From: Octopus sinensis
Lineage: Eukaryota
Reading direction: 5' to 3'
DNA: 64,000 nt
Assembly: GCF_006345805.1 (NCBI RefSeq)
Contig: NC_042998.1
Location: 154,504,001-154,568,000 of the forward strand
Below are positions 1-12,949 of this stretch, in pieces (within the stretch, counting starts at the first letter, position 1; every line of letters begins with the position of its first letter). Made by a program: the position numbers and the translations under genes. Below the pieces are notes generated by a model. It was not told where the DNA came from, made no database searches, and saw only the letters and a list, made by a program, of their open reading frames with translations.

Positions 1-905
1 TAATGTCATAATGTCTGTTCCACAGCACACTGAAATACAGGAACTGTCTCTGGAGCCAACCTTTCTGGAAGTGGTAAACTCTATTAAAAAGATCTCTTCT
101 GATATCCCTCCTGAAATCTGCAAACATGGTGGACAGAAGATTTAAGAAACTGTATGACCTCTTCATAAACATTTGGAAGGTAGGCCATGTACCACTGGAC
201 TTCAAGGATGCCTCAATTCAACATCTTTATAAGAACAAAGGAAACAGAAGTGTCTGTGATAATCATTGTGGAATATTGCTTCTGTCTATTGCTGGTAAGA
301 TTCTTGCTCAATTCATTCTTGACAGGATCATCAAACACGTTGTAAATGATATCTCTCCAGAATCACAGTGCGGATTTTGCTCTGGTCATGGACATGATCT
401 TTTTCCTCTGACATGTCATGGAGAAGGTGCATGAAAACAAATCAAGAGTTGTTCTTGATATTTGTGGACCTTACTAAGGCTGTTGACACTGTTGACACTA
501 TGGAAAGTTCTGCAAAAGCTTGGTATACCTGACAAGATGTTGAATGTTATCATATCCTTTCATGAGGGAATGAAGGCTGCTGTCATGTCCAGTGGGGAAT
601 CTTTGGCTTCCTTCGACATTACAAATGGCACAAAGTAAGGTTGTGTTATGCCCTCTATATGCTTTTGGTGATATACAAAGTGGTGGACTATTCAATCATC
701 AGTGTTTCAAAGCCAGAACACTGCTATGCACCAGTATCATTCATGATCTACATTTTGCAGATGCTACTGCACTAGGAGTGACCTCCTTAGAAGAAGCTCA
801 GGAACTTCTAGACTGGTGTTTTGCTGCATGTAAAGCCTTTGGTTTAACCATCAACATAAAGAAGATGGAAGTAATGCACCAACCTTACCCTACTCCTAAA
901 CAAAA
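1..905 (+). mobile_element. Degenerate RTE-clade LINE reverse transcriptase fragment
   Basis: Broken ORFs 126-434 (NKGNRSVCDNHCGILLLSIAGKILA..SQCGF) and 592-984 (LHFADATAL, a decayed FADD; GLTINIKKMEVM) match RTE RT domains; stops and frameshifts present. Confidence 0.85.
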
Positions 906-939
906 TCGAGGTGTCAAGCAGAGACTTGCTATGCAAGTA

Positions 940-1011
940 CATCTCCGTAATATATATATATATATGTCACATATATATAAATAAATATATATATATATAT
1001 GTATATATGTT

Positions 1012-1045
<34 letters not shown>
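940..1045. repeat. (TA)n/(TG)n microsatellite
   Basis: Direct reading. Confidence 0.9.
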
Positions 1046-1303
1046 AAGGTAAGCGCAGATTTAGCGGGATAATAGTATCCATATTTACTCTCAGCATCAA
1101 TTAGCTATGCTGTCCCTGGGTATAGGTATGCAGGCATACTATGCTCATAGGGTACAGGTAACAACACAATAAACAAAAGTTTATCTGGAATGAAATTTAA
1201 ATAATCAGAAAATGGAGAAAACTTTTGATCAACAAACAAATGTTACTGTTTATTTATTGATCAAAAGTTTTCTCTATTTTCTGATTATATATATATATAA
1301 ATA

Positions 1304-2572
1304 CAGGGTGTGATGGGTAAATTGTCACCATTTTATATTTTTAATTTTGCACATGCACATTGTTTTTATTTTGTCAATTTTACAGTATAGTAGGGGCAGT
1401 TGGACATCATCTGTAAGGAAAACAGCACCATAACACAATTCACTCTGCCAGAATTTTGGAAGTTACATGCTGTACTGCTTGGCATTTATGCCTGAACCTC
1501 CAATACAAACATTTCAGAGTGTTTGGGTGTCAATCTGAGGACAGTGCAAAGGATTCAGAAAGAGTTGGATGAGTCTAATGTTGATTACGAAGGTACTGCA
1601 GCTCGGAAAACTCACTCTGATTGTTCTGATAAGAAAAGAACTCCTGAATTTGTTGGTGAGATCCAGGCTATGATTGACGATCCCTCCAAGTCAATCAGGT
1701 TTATCGCTAGGGCCATGGGAGTGTCTGAGTTTCTTATCAGGCAGGTAGTGCATGAAAACATTCGGTATTCCTCATACAAGATGAGAAAGAGCCAATTTTT
1801 ATCCCAAGCCATCAAGGACAAGAGGAAAGACCATACTATGAAACTTTTGAACAAACTCAAGCATCCCCTCTAACTGAACATGCTTTGGTTTTTCTCAGAC
1901 GAGAAAATTTCTGCTAGAATCAGATAGTGAACACACAGAACAACCGTTGGCTTGCTGTGTCCCCAAAACATGTACCAAGAGTGATAAAAATCAAACATCG
2001 ATTCAACATCATGGTGTTTGGAGTGATCACTAGGGATGGTGACGTTATGTCTTCATTTATTTTCTCACACAACCTCAGTCCTACATCAAGGACAACATGG
2101 AGGCCTACATCAAATGCCTGGAGGAGGTAGTGTTACACTGGATCGAAAGGGTGGCTGCAGGAAAACCCTATGTCTGGCAACAGGACTCTGCACCATGCCA
2201 CACAAGCAGGAGAACCCAGTCATGGCTGTCAGATAATTTCTGTGACCTCATCACCCCTAATATCTGACCACCTAACTCCCTAGACTGTAACCCCCTTGAT
2301 TATTATGTGTGGGGAGCAGTTGAGCAAGAGATTAACAAAACTCCTTGTAACACCAAGGCAAGGATTATGGCAACATTCACCAACTTAAAAATGGAGACCA
2401 GCCAGAAGAGCTGCAGGAGATTCCAAAGTCATCTAGAGGTTGCATTGAAGCTAATGGTGATTTTATTGAATAAAATATTTTTATGTAATTTTAGTAAATA
2501 TATCTGTTAAAATGAGTTATCAGTGTTATTTTCATGTTTGCATAATTTAGATGACAATTTATTCACTGCACC

Positions 2573-2575
<3 letters not shown>
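1304..2575 (+). mobile_element. Tc1/mariner-superfamily DNA transposon, DD37D (maT) type, inactivated
   Basis: Imperfect TIRs CAGGGTG..AAATTGTCA at 1304 and TGACAATTT..CACCCTG ending 2575, each flanked by TA; transposase pieces (1523-1873, 1927-2130) and WQQDSAPCH-(37 aa)-NPLDYYVWG spacing with an in-frame stop. Confidence 0.9.
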
Positions 2576-2638
<63 letters not shown>

Positions 2639-2757
2639 GAAGAAAGACGTTTATAATTATGAACAAGTCACAATTATAACTAAGAGGGTTAAAAACAGCA
2701 GCCAAAACCACCATAAAGCCATTATATCACTCATTTCTCCTCACATACATATACGTG

Positions 2758-2809
<52 letters not shown>

Positions 2810-2810
<1 letters not shown>

Positions 2811-3791
2811 TAGCTGGTGTATCCGGTAATTCCCGGGGGTAAAGATGTTCTATTGAAACGCCTTATTACTCTGATATAAGAAAGCAATTGAGTTATGACT
2901 GCTACAAAAGGTGTATTTTCCCTCATGGAAAAGTACAAAAAACTGTCAGCAGGAGGAGGAAGATATTGTTGGAGGTTGTCGAGAGGTTGGTGAGAAAGTA
3001 CTCTGACTTGTCGTGGCATTTTAAAGGTGAACTTTATGAAGGCTAATTTATTAAAGGTAATATATAAATGTAGTATATATGTATATAAATATATGAATGA
3101 AGTGTTTAATGTTTAAGAATGAAATGCAGAAAGTGCAATAATAACATTCACACTCACTGATGGTCGCTCTCAGTAACTGCCTTTAGCTTACGAAGTTCTT
3201 GTTTTTATAACTACGGAAAAGCAGCCAGAAAGATAGACATATTGTTGAGAACAAATGATTTCACTGGAGGTCTGTTATCTCCATTCCAACCCCTGGTGGC
3301 CTAGAAGAGATTAGAAGGGTCAAGTGGCAAAGACATTATTCTGCTTAGCTAAAGCATCTAGGAAATGTATAACTGCTGTCATTCATAGAAAAACTATTGT
3401 TTTACCGTGAGAAAAGTGCTGTTGAAGTGTTATGTGAAATTTGGCCATCGAGGATCACATCCACACTTTGCCTGCATGGAGCCACTACAAATATGTTGTG
3501 GAATAAAAAATTTATCTACTGTCATGGAAAAAGTGTAACTGTAAAAATGCAGAATTATCGGAGTAATGCGCATTCAAAAGAGTATTTATGTATAGAACTG
3601 TATGAATCTTTAAGGTTTAAGATTCAAATCAAGGGAGTGCAATAATAATGTTTAGCAGTTCAAAACTGAGTAGTGAAATGCAGAATTAGGTCAGATGATC
3701 ATGAGAATCAAATATTGATCGCTTCTCTAAAAACTGCAGGTGGTATGGGTTGTTTAAATAAAATGTTAGTAATATGTAGTAGATAGAAGGA
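2810..3791 (-). mobile_element. Non-autonomous Helitron
   Basis: On the minus strand it begins A|TC (TCCTTCTATCTACTAC) at 3791 and ends with a CCCGG-gaatta-CCGG hairpin about 10 nt before CTAG|T at 2810; inserted between A and T with no TSD; no Rep/helicase ORF. Confidence 0.7.
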
Positions 3792-3984
3792 TCCATTGGA
3801 TGGGCCCCATTATTGATTTTTTTTCAACAATCTAAGTATGTCATGAGGTTTCCAGACATGAGTTCTACAAAAATTAGAAATTGGACACACAAAATATCAA
3901 TATTCAAAGTAATTGAACATAAACAATGAAACCTGTAAAATATTTCTAAATTCGATGGCTCAGTTAGTTTCATGAAAATGTTGT

Positions 3985-5095
3985 CATCATCATCATCATC
4001 ATTGTTTAACGTCTGTGTTCCATGCTAGCATGGGTTGGATGGTTCGACCGGGGCCTGGGAAGCCAGGAGGCTGCACCAGGCTCCAGTCTGATCTGGCAGT
4101 GTTTCTACAGCTGGATGCCCTTCCTAACGCCAGCCTCTCCGTGACCGTAATGGGTGCTGGCATTGGCCATGTTCAGATGGTGTATTTTACATGCCACCGG
4201 CACAGGTATCACAACTACTATTTCCATTTGATTTTTTGATGTTGATGTACTTGACTCAATAGGTCTCCTCAGGCACAGTGTGTGTATATATATATATATA
4301 TCATCGTCGTCATCATCATCATTTTACGTCCGCTTTCCATGCTAGCATGGGTTGGATGATTTGACAGAGGTCTGGCGAACCAGATGGCTGCGCCAGGCTC
4401 CAATCAGATCTGGAGAGCTTCCACAGCCGGATGCTTTTCCTAACGCCAAGCACTCTGAGAGTGTAGTGGGTGCTTTTACGTGCCACCTGCACGAGAGCCA
4501 GTCTGGCAGTACTGGCTACGGCCATGCTCGAAATGGTGTTTCATTACATGCTACCAGCACAGGGGTCAGTCCAGCGGCACTGGCAATAACCTCGCTCGAA
4601 TGTTTTGTTCACGTGCCGGTAAGGCAACGCTGGTAACGATCACGCTCAAATGGTGCTTTTTATGTACCCACCGGCACAGAAGGCAGACAGCTGCTCTGGC
4701 AGTGATCCCGCTCAGATGGAGCTATTAGCACTCCACTGGCACAGGTGCCAGTCATCGAATTTGGTTCAATTTCGATTTCACTTGCCCCAACAGGTCTTTG
4801 CAAGCAGAGTTTAGTGTCCAATGAAGAGAGGTTGGCATGGGAGCCAGTCGTCGAATTTGGTTTGATATCGAATTCAATATCGAGTTCACTTGCCTCAACA
4901 GGTCTTCGCAAGCAGAGTTTTATGTCCAAAGAAGGAAAGGTATGCATAAGTGGGCTGGCTACAACCCTGGTAAAAGCCATGGGCTATGGTCTCACTTATC
5001 CTGCCAGGTCTTCTCACGCACAGCATATTTCCAAAGGTCTCAGTCACTAGTCATTGCCTCGGTGGGGCCTAATGTTCGAAAGTCGTGCTCATGGT
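3985..5095 (-). mobile_element. Two tandem 3' ends (3'UTR plus (GAT)n tail) of an RTE-family LINE / LINE-derived SINE-like repeat
   Basis: (CAT)n runs at about 3985-4000 and 4302-4322 followed by catgctagcatgggttgg..ggatgcccttcctaacgcc; 5030-5090 matches 29970-30030, which is contiguous with RTE coding sequence. Confidence 0.75.
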
Positions 5096-6612
5096 AAGTT
5101 TACCAAGGGCCACTATTTGGAACTGCTCGAAAAGAAGATCCATAAAAATTACAAGATCACCGGTATGAATACTCTCAGGCAGGCTAACCTTGAAGCTAAA
5201 GGAATTATGGAATCGTATGGATTACAGATGAAGACAGAACCGTTGAACCCCAGGCAACCTCGGTTTATTTTAAAAGACCACAAACAGAACTTTTATACTA
5301 ACCCATCATTACGGCTTATATGTCCTTCCAGCTCAGACATCGGTACACTTAGTAAATACATATTAGATAAGTATATCCCTACATTAATCAATAAATTAAA
5401 ACTTTGCTTATGGTCTAATTCTTTTCAAGTTGTACATTCGTTTACTTCTATTACTAATAAGGTTAACACTAAATTTATTTAGTGTGATATATCTAGCTTC
5501 TATTCATCAATCAACCCTATTATACTCAATAAGGCACCCTGGCATGCACACAACAAAGCAGGTCCCTCTGGAGAAGAAATTAATGTGGTACTGGCTGCTA
5601 GAAATTCATTCATCAAGTTTGATAACAAGTTGTGGGTCTGGAAGGATACTCCCAATGCGTTCGATGTACTAATGGGAAGTACAGATTCCGTTCAAATTTC
5701 TGATTTGGTCGGAATATATATACTTTATGAAATGGCCGACCAGTTCCCGGACATCTGTGGAGGTCTATATCGTGATGATTGTCTGCTTTACCTCCAAAAC
5801 ATTTCAAATCAAAAAATACAGGTTAAGAATAGATTAGTTAGGTTTTTTCGTAGAATGGGCTTTCACATCGTTTTTGACGATGAGTTAACTAAAGCTAACT
5901 TCTTAGATATTATTCTTAATTTACAAAATAACTCGTACTTCCCATACCACAAACCTTCCATAAATCTCAAATATATTAGTCCTTACAGTAATCACGCTAG
6001 GGCAATTACTAAGAATTTAGTTAAAAACATATCACTTAGATTATATAAATTATCTGCCAATGTTGACATTTTTAATGGCAAGGCAGAATTTTATAACTCT
6101 GCCTTGGTTAAAGCTGGCTATAAAGAGAAAGTGACATACATTGATTCTGCTCAATCTCGTCCTTCATCTACTGTTCAAGACAAAAAATCTAGTTGTAACA
6201 ATAAGAGTGATTTTAATTCTAATAAACAACACAAAACATAATAAAATTCCTTTACGGAGTAAGAGAGGCAAGCGTTATTTAAGCTCATTTTTTCACTCTA
6301 GAGGTATTTCACCTTCCTATAAAGATAATACCACTTACAATTTGAATGTTACTAGGAAAACTATCTGGTTTGTAATTCCGTTTGGAAAACAAATTAAATC
6401 AAATTTTCCTTTGTGATTCCGTGAAGTGGTTGGTAAGAACTTTCCCAAAAATTCTAGATATTATTCAATTATTAACTCTCATATAGTTAGAGTTGCCTTC
6501 TCCAACACAAAGAATCTTTCACAAATTATATCTTCTCACAATACTAATCTGCTTAATAAAAGTTCATTTTCTGGGAGTTCCAATATTAATCTTGTTAATT
6601 CCAACCCCTCAC

Positions 6613-6652
<40 letters not shown>

Positions 6653-6683
6653 TGATAGTAATAGTGCTGATAATCTATCTATC

Positions 6684-6720
<37 letters not shown>
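5095..6720 (+). mobile_element. Penelope-like element, RT and thumb portion (degenerate)
   Basis: ORFs 5054-5482 (LKDHKQNFYTNPSLRLICPSSSDIGTLSKYILD), 5585-6241 (MGSTDSVQISDLVG, GGLYRDD, FLDIILNL, YHKP) and 6426-6758 (FPKNSRYYSIINSHIVRVAFS) are PLE RT motifs. Confidence 0.88.
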
Positions 6721-6725
<5 letters not shown>

Positions 6726-7070
6726 TCAGCCAACACAAACCTCACCTTGGCTCTTTAGATGTTAACCAAATATGAAAGTATTATTTGACAGGCAAGAATT
6801 CTGGCGTTGAAGACAGCCAGCCAGCCAGCCAACCACCCAGCCAGCCAACTAGACAGACAGACACTACTGTGATGGGGATAATGATAAAAAACAAAAATAA
6901 CAATAAGATACTGCTGTGACTACACATAAAACAATATCATTGATGATGATGATGGTGATGGTGATGATAATGATGATAGTAATAGTGGCGATAATGATGG
7001 TGATGATGATAACAATAATAAGCCGACTACGGCTGCTATAATGGTACGATTATAATTGTAATGGCAATGA
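6610..7070. repeat. Compound microsatellite cluster (AAT)n, (CA)n, (CCAG)n, (GAT)n
   Basis: Direct reading. Confidence 0.85.
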
Positions 7071-7074
7071 TGGC

Positions 7075-10000
7075 CGTCTCCCCACGAGCCAATCAAAGCT
7101 CAAAAATGATAACATTATCGTAGCACCAAAATGTTTTTGGAAACTAAAAGGAAAACTAAATCAGTATACCAAATCACTTGTCCTACGGTTAATCTGGAAG
7201 CGCATCCCCCAGGGAAGAGCCAGCCTGGGATCGAAAAGTCATCAACTGACACAAACTCTTCTCCAAATATGGACATGGATGGTCACTTGAACGGGAAATT
7301 CCCCAACTCGAGCCCTCCAAGTTCACCACCACAACCACCACAGAAAGAAAAATGTAAGCGGAACAAATAGACCCGAGAAGAGTATAAAGAAGTAATATAC
7401 GCTTATTACTATGCATTAGGTAGGCCATCTCAAGAGAGACACACTGCAAACTCTTACAGTATATGGAGAACACGGAATCAAGACAGTCGGCCCTATTTGG
7501 CAAATGTGAGGAGGGATATCCTTAGAAATAACAGACTCACAGACAGTGAAATAAGCGCGATCAAGCACGCAATGGAAAATGACATAAATATAAGACACAA
7601 AGGAAATGAAGAATCAGATGAACAGTATAGCCCGCCACGAGGCTTAATTGAAAGACTGCCATCTGACCAAAGTACGCAAAGGCCTGAAGATACAAGAAAT
7701 TCTATTGAACCTGTTAAAGATAGCCAGGAAAATGATAAAACAACAGTAACTGAAGATCTCGCATTTGCTGAAGAACACAGAGAGTCTATGGCAGAAATGA
7801 GGCAGAAAATCCTGAATATGCTTGAAGTTGTAAGACATACAAGTATGAATGATAGAGAACCACTTCATAAACTCTCAAATACAAACCAAAATAAAAAACA
7901 AATCCAAATTGGCAACTATGTAACAAATGAAATAATACAAGAATTAAAACCTGATTTTACTGAGTTAAATGAAATTATTTACGCTTCTGCTAGGGCAATT
8001 GAAACCAGCTGTATGCCCCCGAAAAACAAAGAAAACCAAACATGGGAAGAAATCAAACCTAGAGAAGTAAAATTGAAAAAGAGATTGAATTTATGAGAAG
8101 GGAAATATCAATATTAAATGAACTAATATGTGGAAATGATGTAAAATCCAGAACAGGAAGAAAGATGAAGAGAAAATTTGGATCCTCACCAAGAGAACTG
8201 ATATCAATAAAAGAAACGCTGAAACAAAAAGTCCAAGCAAAAGCCCAAAGAATACGAAGATTTGAGAAGAGAAACAAGTTTTACAAGCAAAATAAGCTGT
8301 TCACATCCAATGCCAAAAAATTCTACAGAGAAATAGGGAAGGAGAAAGTAACTGTTAAAGACCCCCCTCCCATGGAAGAAGTTCAAAACTTTTGGAAAAG
8401 GATTTGGAGTGACAAGAAGACGTACAACACAAATGCAGACTGGATTATACAAACTGAAGGATCCTACCAAAATTTACAACAACAAGCATGGCAAGACATC
8501 ACAATAGCAGACCTAAGAAAGGCACTCATGAAGGCCCATAATTGGAAATCCCCTGGTAAAGATAGGGTGCCGAATTTCTGGCTCGCATCGCTCCCATGCG
8601 CACACGGTAAGCTAGTTCAGCTGCTCAATGGAATTATGAGAGACCCAAAGAAAACACCTGAATGGGTAGCAAGTGGTATTACTTACCTGCTCCCAAAGAA
8701 TAACAAAACCAACCTTCCAAAAAACTATCGGCCTATAACCTGTCTATCCACCACATATAAAATCCTAACATCTATCCTGGCGGAGAAAACATATGCATTC
8801 ATGGAGAAGAACGATATTTTCCCCATTGAACAAAAAGGGTGCCACCAAGGCTCATACGGATGCAAAGATCAACTACTAATTAATCGTATGATCCTTGAGA
8901 ACTGTCACAACAAGCGCAGAAATCTCAGCTCCGCATGGATTGACTACAAAAAGGCCTTCAACAGTATACCGCATCCATGGATCTTGAGATCGCTGGACAT
9001 CTTCAAAATTTCCCCTGTGATTTCAAGCACAATACGTCGTTGTGGAATACGAATCTCCAATTATACCACTCTAATGGAGTACTTGCCTCAGAAAATATAA
9101 ACATCAACTGTGGAATTTTTCAAGGTGACTCACTTTCACCTTTAATATTCTGCATAGCCCTAGTACCGCTTACAAGTGAATTAAATAGAACAGGGTATGG
9201 GTATAAAATTGCCAATAAAAAAATAAGCCATCTATTTTATATGGGTAACTTAAAACTCTATGGTAAAGACGATAATGAACTTGAAGGCCTATTGCGCACT
9301 GTGAAAGCATTCAGCAATGACATCGGGATGGAGTTTGGGCTTGAGAAGTGTGCCAAGGCCACTTTCCAGAAAGGGAAAGTGAAGACCACAAATTCAGTCG
9401 TGTTAGATGTTGACACAGTCATAAGAGAGCTTGAGCAAGAACAAACGTACAAATATTTAGGGATAAATGAAGGCTCTGGTATTTAGCATGCAAGCATGAA
9501 AGAGAAGATCAGGAAGGAATGTTATAGGAGAGTTCGTGCAGTCCTGAAATCTGAACTAAATGCACGTAACAAGGTGTTAGCTATAAATTCCTTAGCAGTT
9601 CCAGTTGTTACTTATAGCTACAATGTGTTGAACTGGAATATGAGTGAAGTAAAGAATATAGATAGAAAAATACGCAAGCTACTGAGTTGTAATAGGATGC
9701 ACCACCCAAAGGCAGACGTAGATTGCCTTTACCTTCCCAGAACCCAAGGAGGTCGAGGCCTGATCCAATTTGAACTAGCTTACAAAACAACCACAATTGG
9801 ACTGGCCAAATATCCTGAAATAACGAATGACTGGATGCTAAAGCTCGTGGAAAATCACGAGAGACGAAAGAAGCTTCATTCTATCATAAAGGAAAGCAAA
9901 AAATTTGCTATTGATCTCGTGCAGGATACCCAAACTGAACAACCCGAGGGAAGTACAGCAACTATTGTTGCAAAGAAGGTGAAAATAATGGCAACGAAAA

Positions 10001-10975
10001 AAGCGCACGAGCAATTGGCTGATAGGTGGGAGGAGAAACCTCTGCACGGCAAATATGTGGCCTGCAACAAACAAGCTGATGTTGACCAGAAGCAAACCCT
10101 TCAGTGGCTACGGAGCTCAGGGCTAAAAGCAGAGAGCGAAGGTTTCATCCTGGCTGCTCAAGATCAAAGCCTATTAACCCGGAACTACCAGGCCAATGTG
10201 ATGAAAAATGGAGCAGACCCAAAATGTCGATTCTGCAACGACATGATTGAAACAGTGGACCACCTAATCTCTGGATGTAAAGTCTTAGCACCAGTGGAGT
10301 ATAAATTAAGACATGACAGAATTGGCCAATATCTACACTGGCTAATAAGTCGGCATTACAATATCAAAACTGCCGACAAGTGGTATAATCACCCTGAAGC
10401 TGTAACTGAAGGAGAAAATGTAACGATTCTGTGGGACTTTCCAGTACATACAGACCAAACCATCAAAGCCAATAAACCAGATTTTGGTGTGAAAGACCAA
10501 AACAATAAAGTTTGCTTATTGATCGACATGAGCATCCCCTGTGATCATAATATCTCGGCGAAAGAGTTTGACAAGCTCAGAAAATATAAAGACCTGCTCA
10601 TTGAAATTGAGAAAATGTGGCATCTCAAGACGGTTACAATACCAGTGATCGTAGGAGCACTAGGAATGATCAAGAAGGGAACCGAAAATTATATGAGAAT
10701 GATCTCTGGCTTACGATCCCTGCAAGAAGTGCAAAAGATTGTCTTAACTGGTACATCACACGTATTGAGAGGAGCATTGTCGATGTGAGAACTATTACTA
10801 CCCATGTATTTTAATTTAACTTAAAAAAAAAATGAACGAACTATTGAGTTTAGTTTAATGGCCTACCAATGTATACTATGAGTTTCTTTGCCCTAGGAGT
10901 CGGGAAGACACCCGGCAAGAGATGGAAGCAAATTTGAAAGAAGAAGAAGAAAAAAAAAAATAATAATAATAATAA
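7075..10975 (+). mobile_element. Near full-length R4/Dong-clade non-LTR retrotransposon (RT plus restriction-like endonuclease), with frameshifts and stops
   Basis: ORF pieces 7497-8096, 8093-9100, 8977-9486, 9496-10788: KSPGKDRV, NYRPITCLSTTYK, WIDYKKAFNS, GIFQGDSLSPL, YKYLGI, CRFC..ETVDHLISGC, YKLRHDRI, NKPD, LIDMSIP, KYKDL; 3' poly(A) running into (TAA)n. Confidence 0.93.
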
Positions 10976-11049
10976 CAGTATTATTTATAATAATAATAAT
11001 AATAATATTAATAGTATTAACAATAATAATAATAATAATAATGATAGCA

Positions 11050-11460
11050 ATAAAAACATGGTTTTGGTCTCTGAGGACAACCCTAACAGAATTAAATTTG
11101 TCTAATAATTCTCAGATCAAGAATTCTATATACCAGTGTAAAATGTCTACTTCTACATAGGCGCATCCTCTTCCCAGTTATCTAAGAGAATTTCCAATCA
11201 TTATTCATCATTTAGGGATTGCAGTAAATGCCATAGCACAGGGCTAAGTAAATTAGTTTGGCATCTGAAAAGACAACAATAAAGATTTTAAGTTAGATTA
11301 GTTCATCCTGTCCATATCTTTTCCTTACAATAAGGGCAAGGGATTTTGTAACATTTGCAACTCTGAACTCTTCTATATTCTCTTCTCTAAGAATCACCTT
11401 ATTAACACACTTATAGAGTGATCTTACAAATGTAAACACTGGCAGAAACATACCTTTAGC
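11050..11460 (+). mobile_element. Penelope-like GIY-YIG endonuclease C-terminal relic
   Basis: Manual translation YIGASSSQLSKRISNHYSSFRD..STGLSKLVWHLK..GFCNICNSELFYIL..YKCKH with stops. Confidence 0.65.
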
Positions 11461-11689
11461 TCATATAATTGATTTTGCCAGTCTTTATAGTTTGAACAGT
11501 TAGTTTAACTTGCACCTTACTTCAATAGAGAAATCTACTTCTAAGACTTTGAACATTTTTTTTCAACTAACGTATCCCTCTTTATTTGTTCTCTCCTTAT
11601 TATTTCTTTAACTCTTCTCTTTCTAGTATCTGCCTTTGACGTCAAATCTACTAAAGTTTTTTTAAAATAACATCTACGTTCAACTCCAT

Positions 11690-12200
11690 TTATTTACTTA
11701 TACTACACAAATTACTGCACATTAACCCGGAGCTTTATCACTCGTAAACATCACCAAGAGCCCACCCCCAGTTGTAACTGTTGATACCCTGAAGCTTGTC
11801 CTCTTGACCAGGCATATATTATAAACTCCATTGTATATGAGGCAACACTTCAAGATAACCTAACTGGAAAGAAGAATTATGTCAAGTCATGCGAAGGCGA
11901 TTTCAAAAAACTTAATCTAAACCACTTATCTTCTTTGTAGCACTTCAACAAAAGTAGTGCCGCTAAGTTGGCTAGCCATATATGGGGTTTCAAGACCAAC
12001 TCCACATCACATGCAACCAAGTGGAGTATCATGGAGCAATCCAACCCTTATGTTAATGGATCTAAGAAATGCAACTTATGCATTGCAAAAAGACTGCACA
12101 GTCTTTTTAGATCCAAGAATTACACTACACTTCTTAATTCCGTGTCTGAAATTTTTAGCTGGTGCAAACACATGGGCCAGTTTCTTCTGTTGAACTGGAG
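11690..12200 (+). mobile_element. Second Penelope-like GIY-YIG endonuclease relic
   Basis: CNC..PEACPLD, IVYEATL, LASHIWGFK..WSIMEQSNPYVNGSKKCNLCIAKR..LLNSVSEIFSWCKH (ORF 11968-12222). Confidence 0.8.
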
Positions 12201-12533
12201 GACACCATCTGTTCTGGATTAAGTAGCAGTCTTGCAGGCTTTAGCCACCTTTCTGTTACATTATTCTGCACCAGCTACATTAATTATGGTTACTGCAGTC
12301 AAAGAGGATGCAGATCTTGGTGTTTTTTTTCTTGTTCCACCTTTTGCATCAATCTTCTCATTTTTTCTTCTTGTTTTTTCTCATTTTCTCACAGTCCAGC
12401 GTCTGAATTTTTTATGAACAGAACCCGAAAAAGTGCCTGGAGATACATGATGTGGCTTATAAATCTGAAAATTTGAAGTATCATAAACCATAGAACTATT
12501 AGTATCTCCTTTGTAATTGTGTATTAAATTGAC

Positions 12534-12570
<37 letters not shown>

Positions 12571-12619
12571 AAGAGAGAGGAAAATAGAAATTAAATAAAC
12601 CCAGACAAATTCCATTATA

Positions 12620-12945
12620 TTAGTGTCCACTATTCCATGCTAACATGGGTCAGATGGACATGGATTTTTTATGGCCAGTTACCCTTCCTATTACCAACTT
12701 TCATCAGGTAATATTTCCCCATGAACAGACATGTTTCATGGAAGATTGAAAAAGAAGGACACTACTTGCATGACAAATTTATTTATTTACACTTACCATT
12801 GCAAAGTCAAGGCCAGGAGACAGTAACACTTGTCTGCATACACACACGCACACGCATGCACACAAAGCAAGCTTTTTGAATTTCCATCTACCAAATCCAC
12901 TCACAAGACTTTAGTCAGTTCAGGGCTGTGATAGAAAATACTTAC
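12620..12945 (-). mobile_element. SINE-like repeat fragment
   Basis: ttccatctaccaaatccactcacaagact is the reverse complement of the core seen at 14285-14315. Confidence 0.55.
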
Positions 12946-12949
12946 CCAT

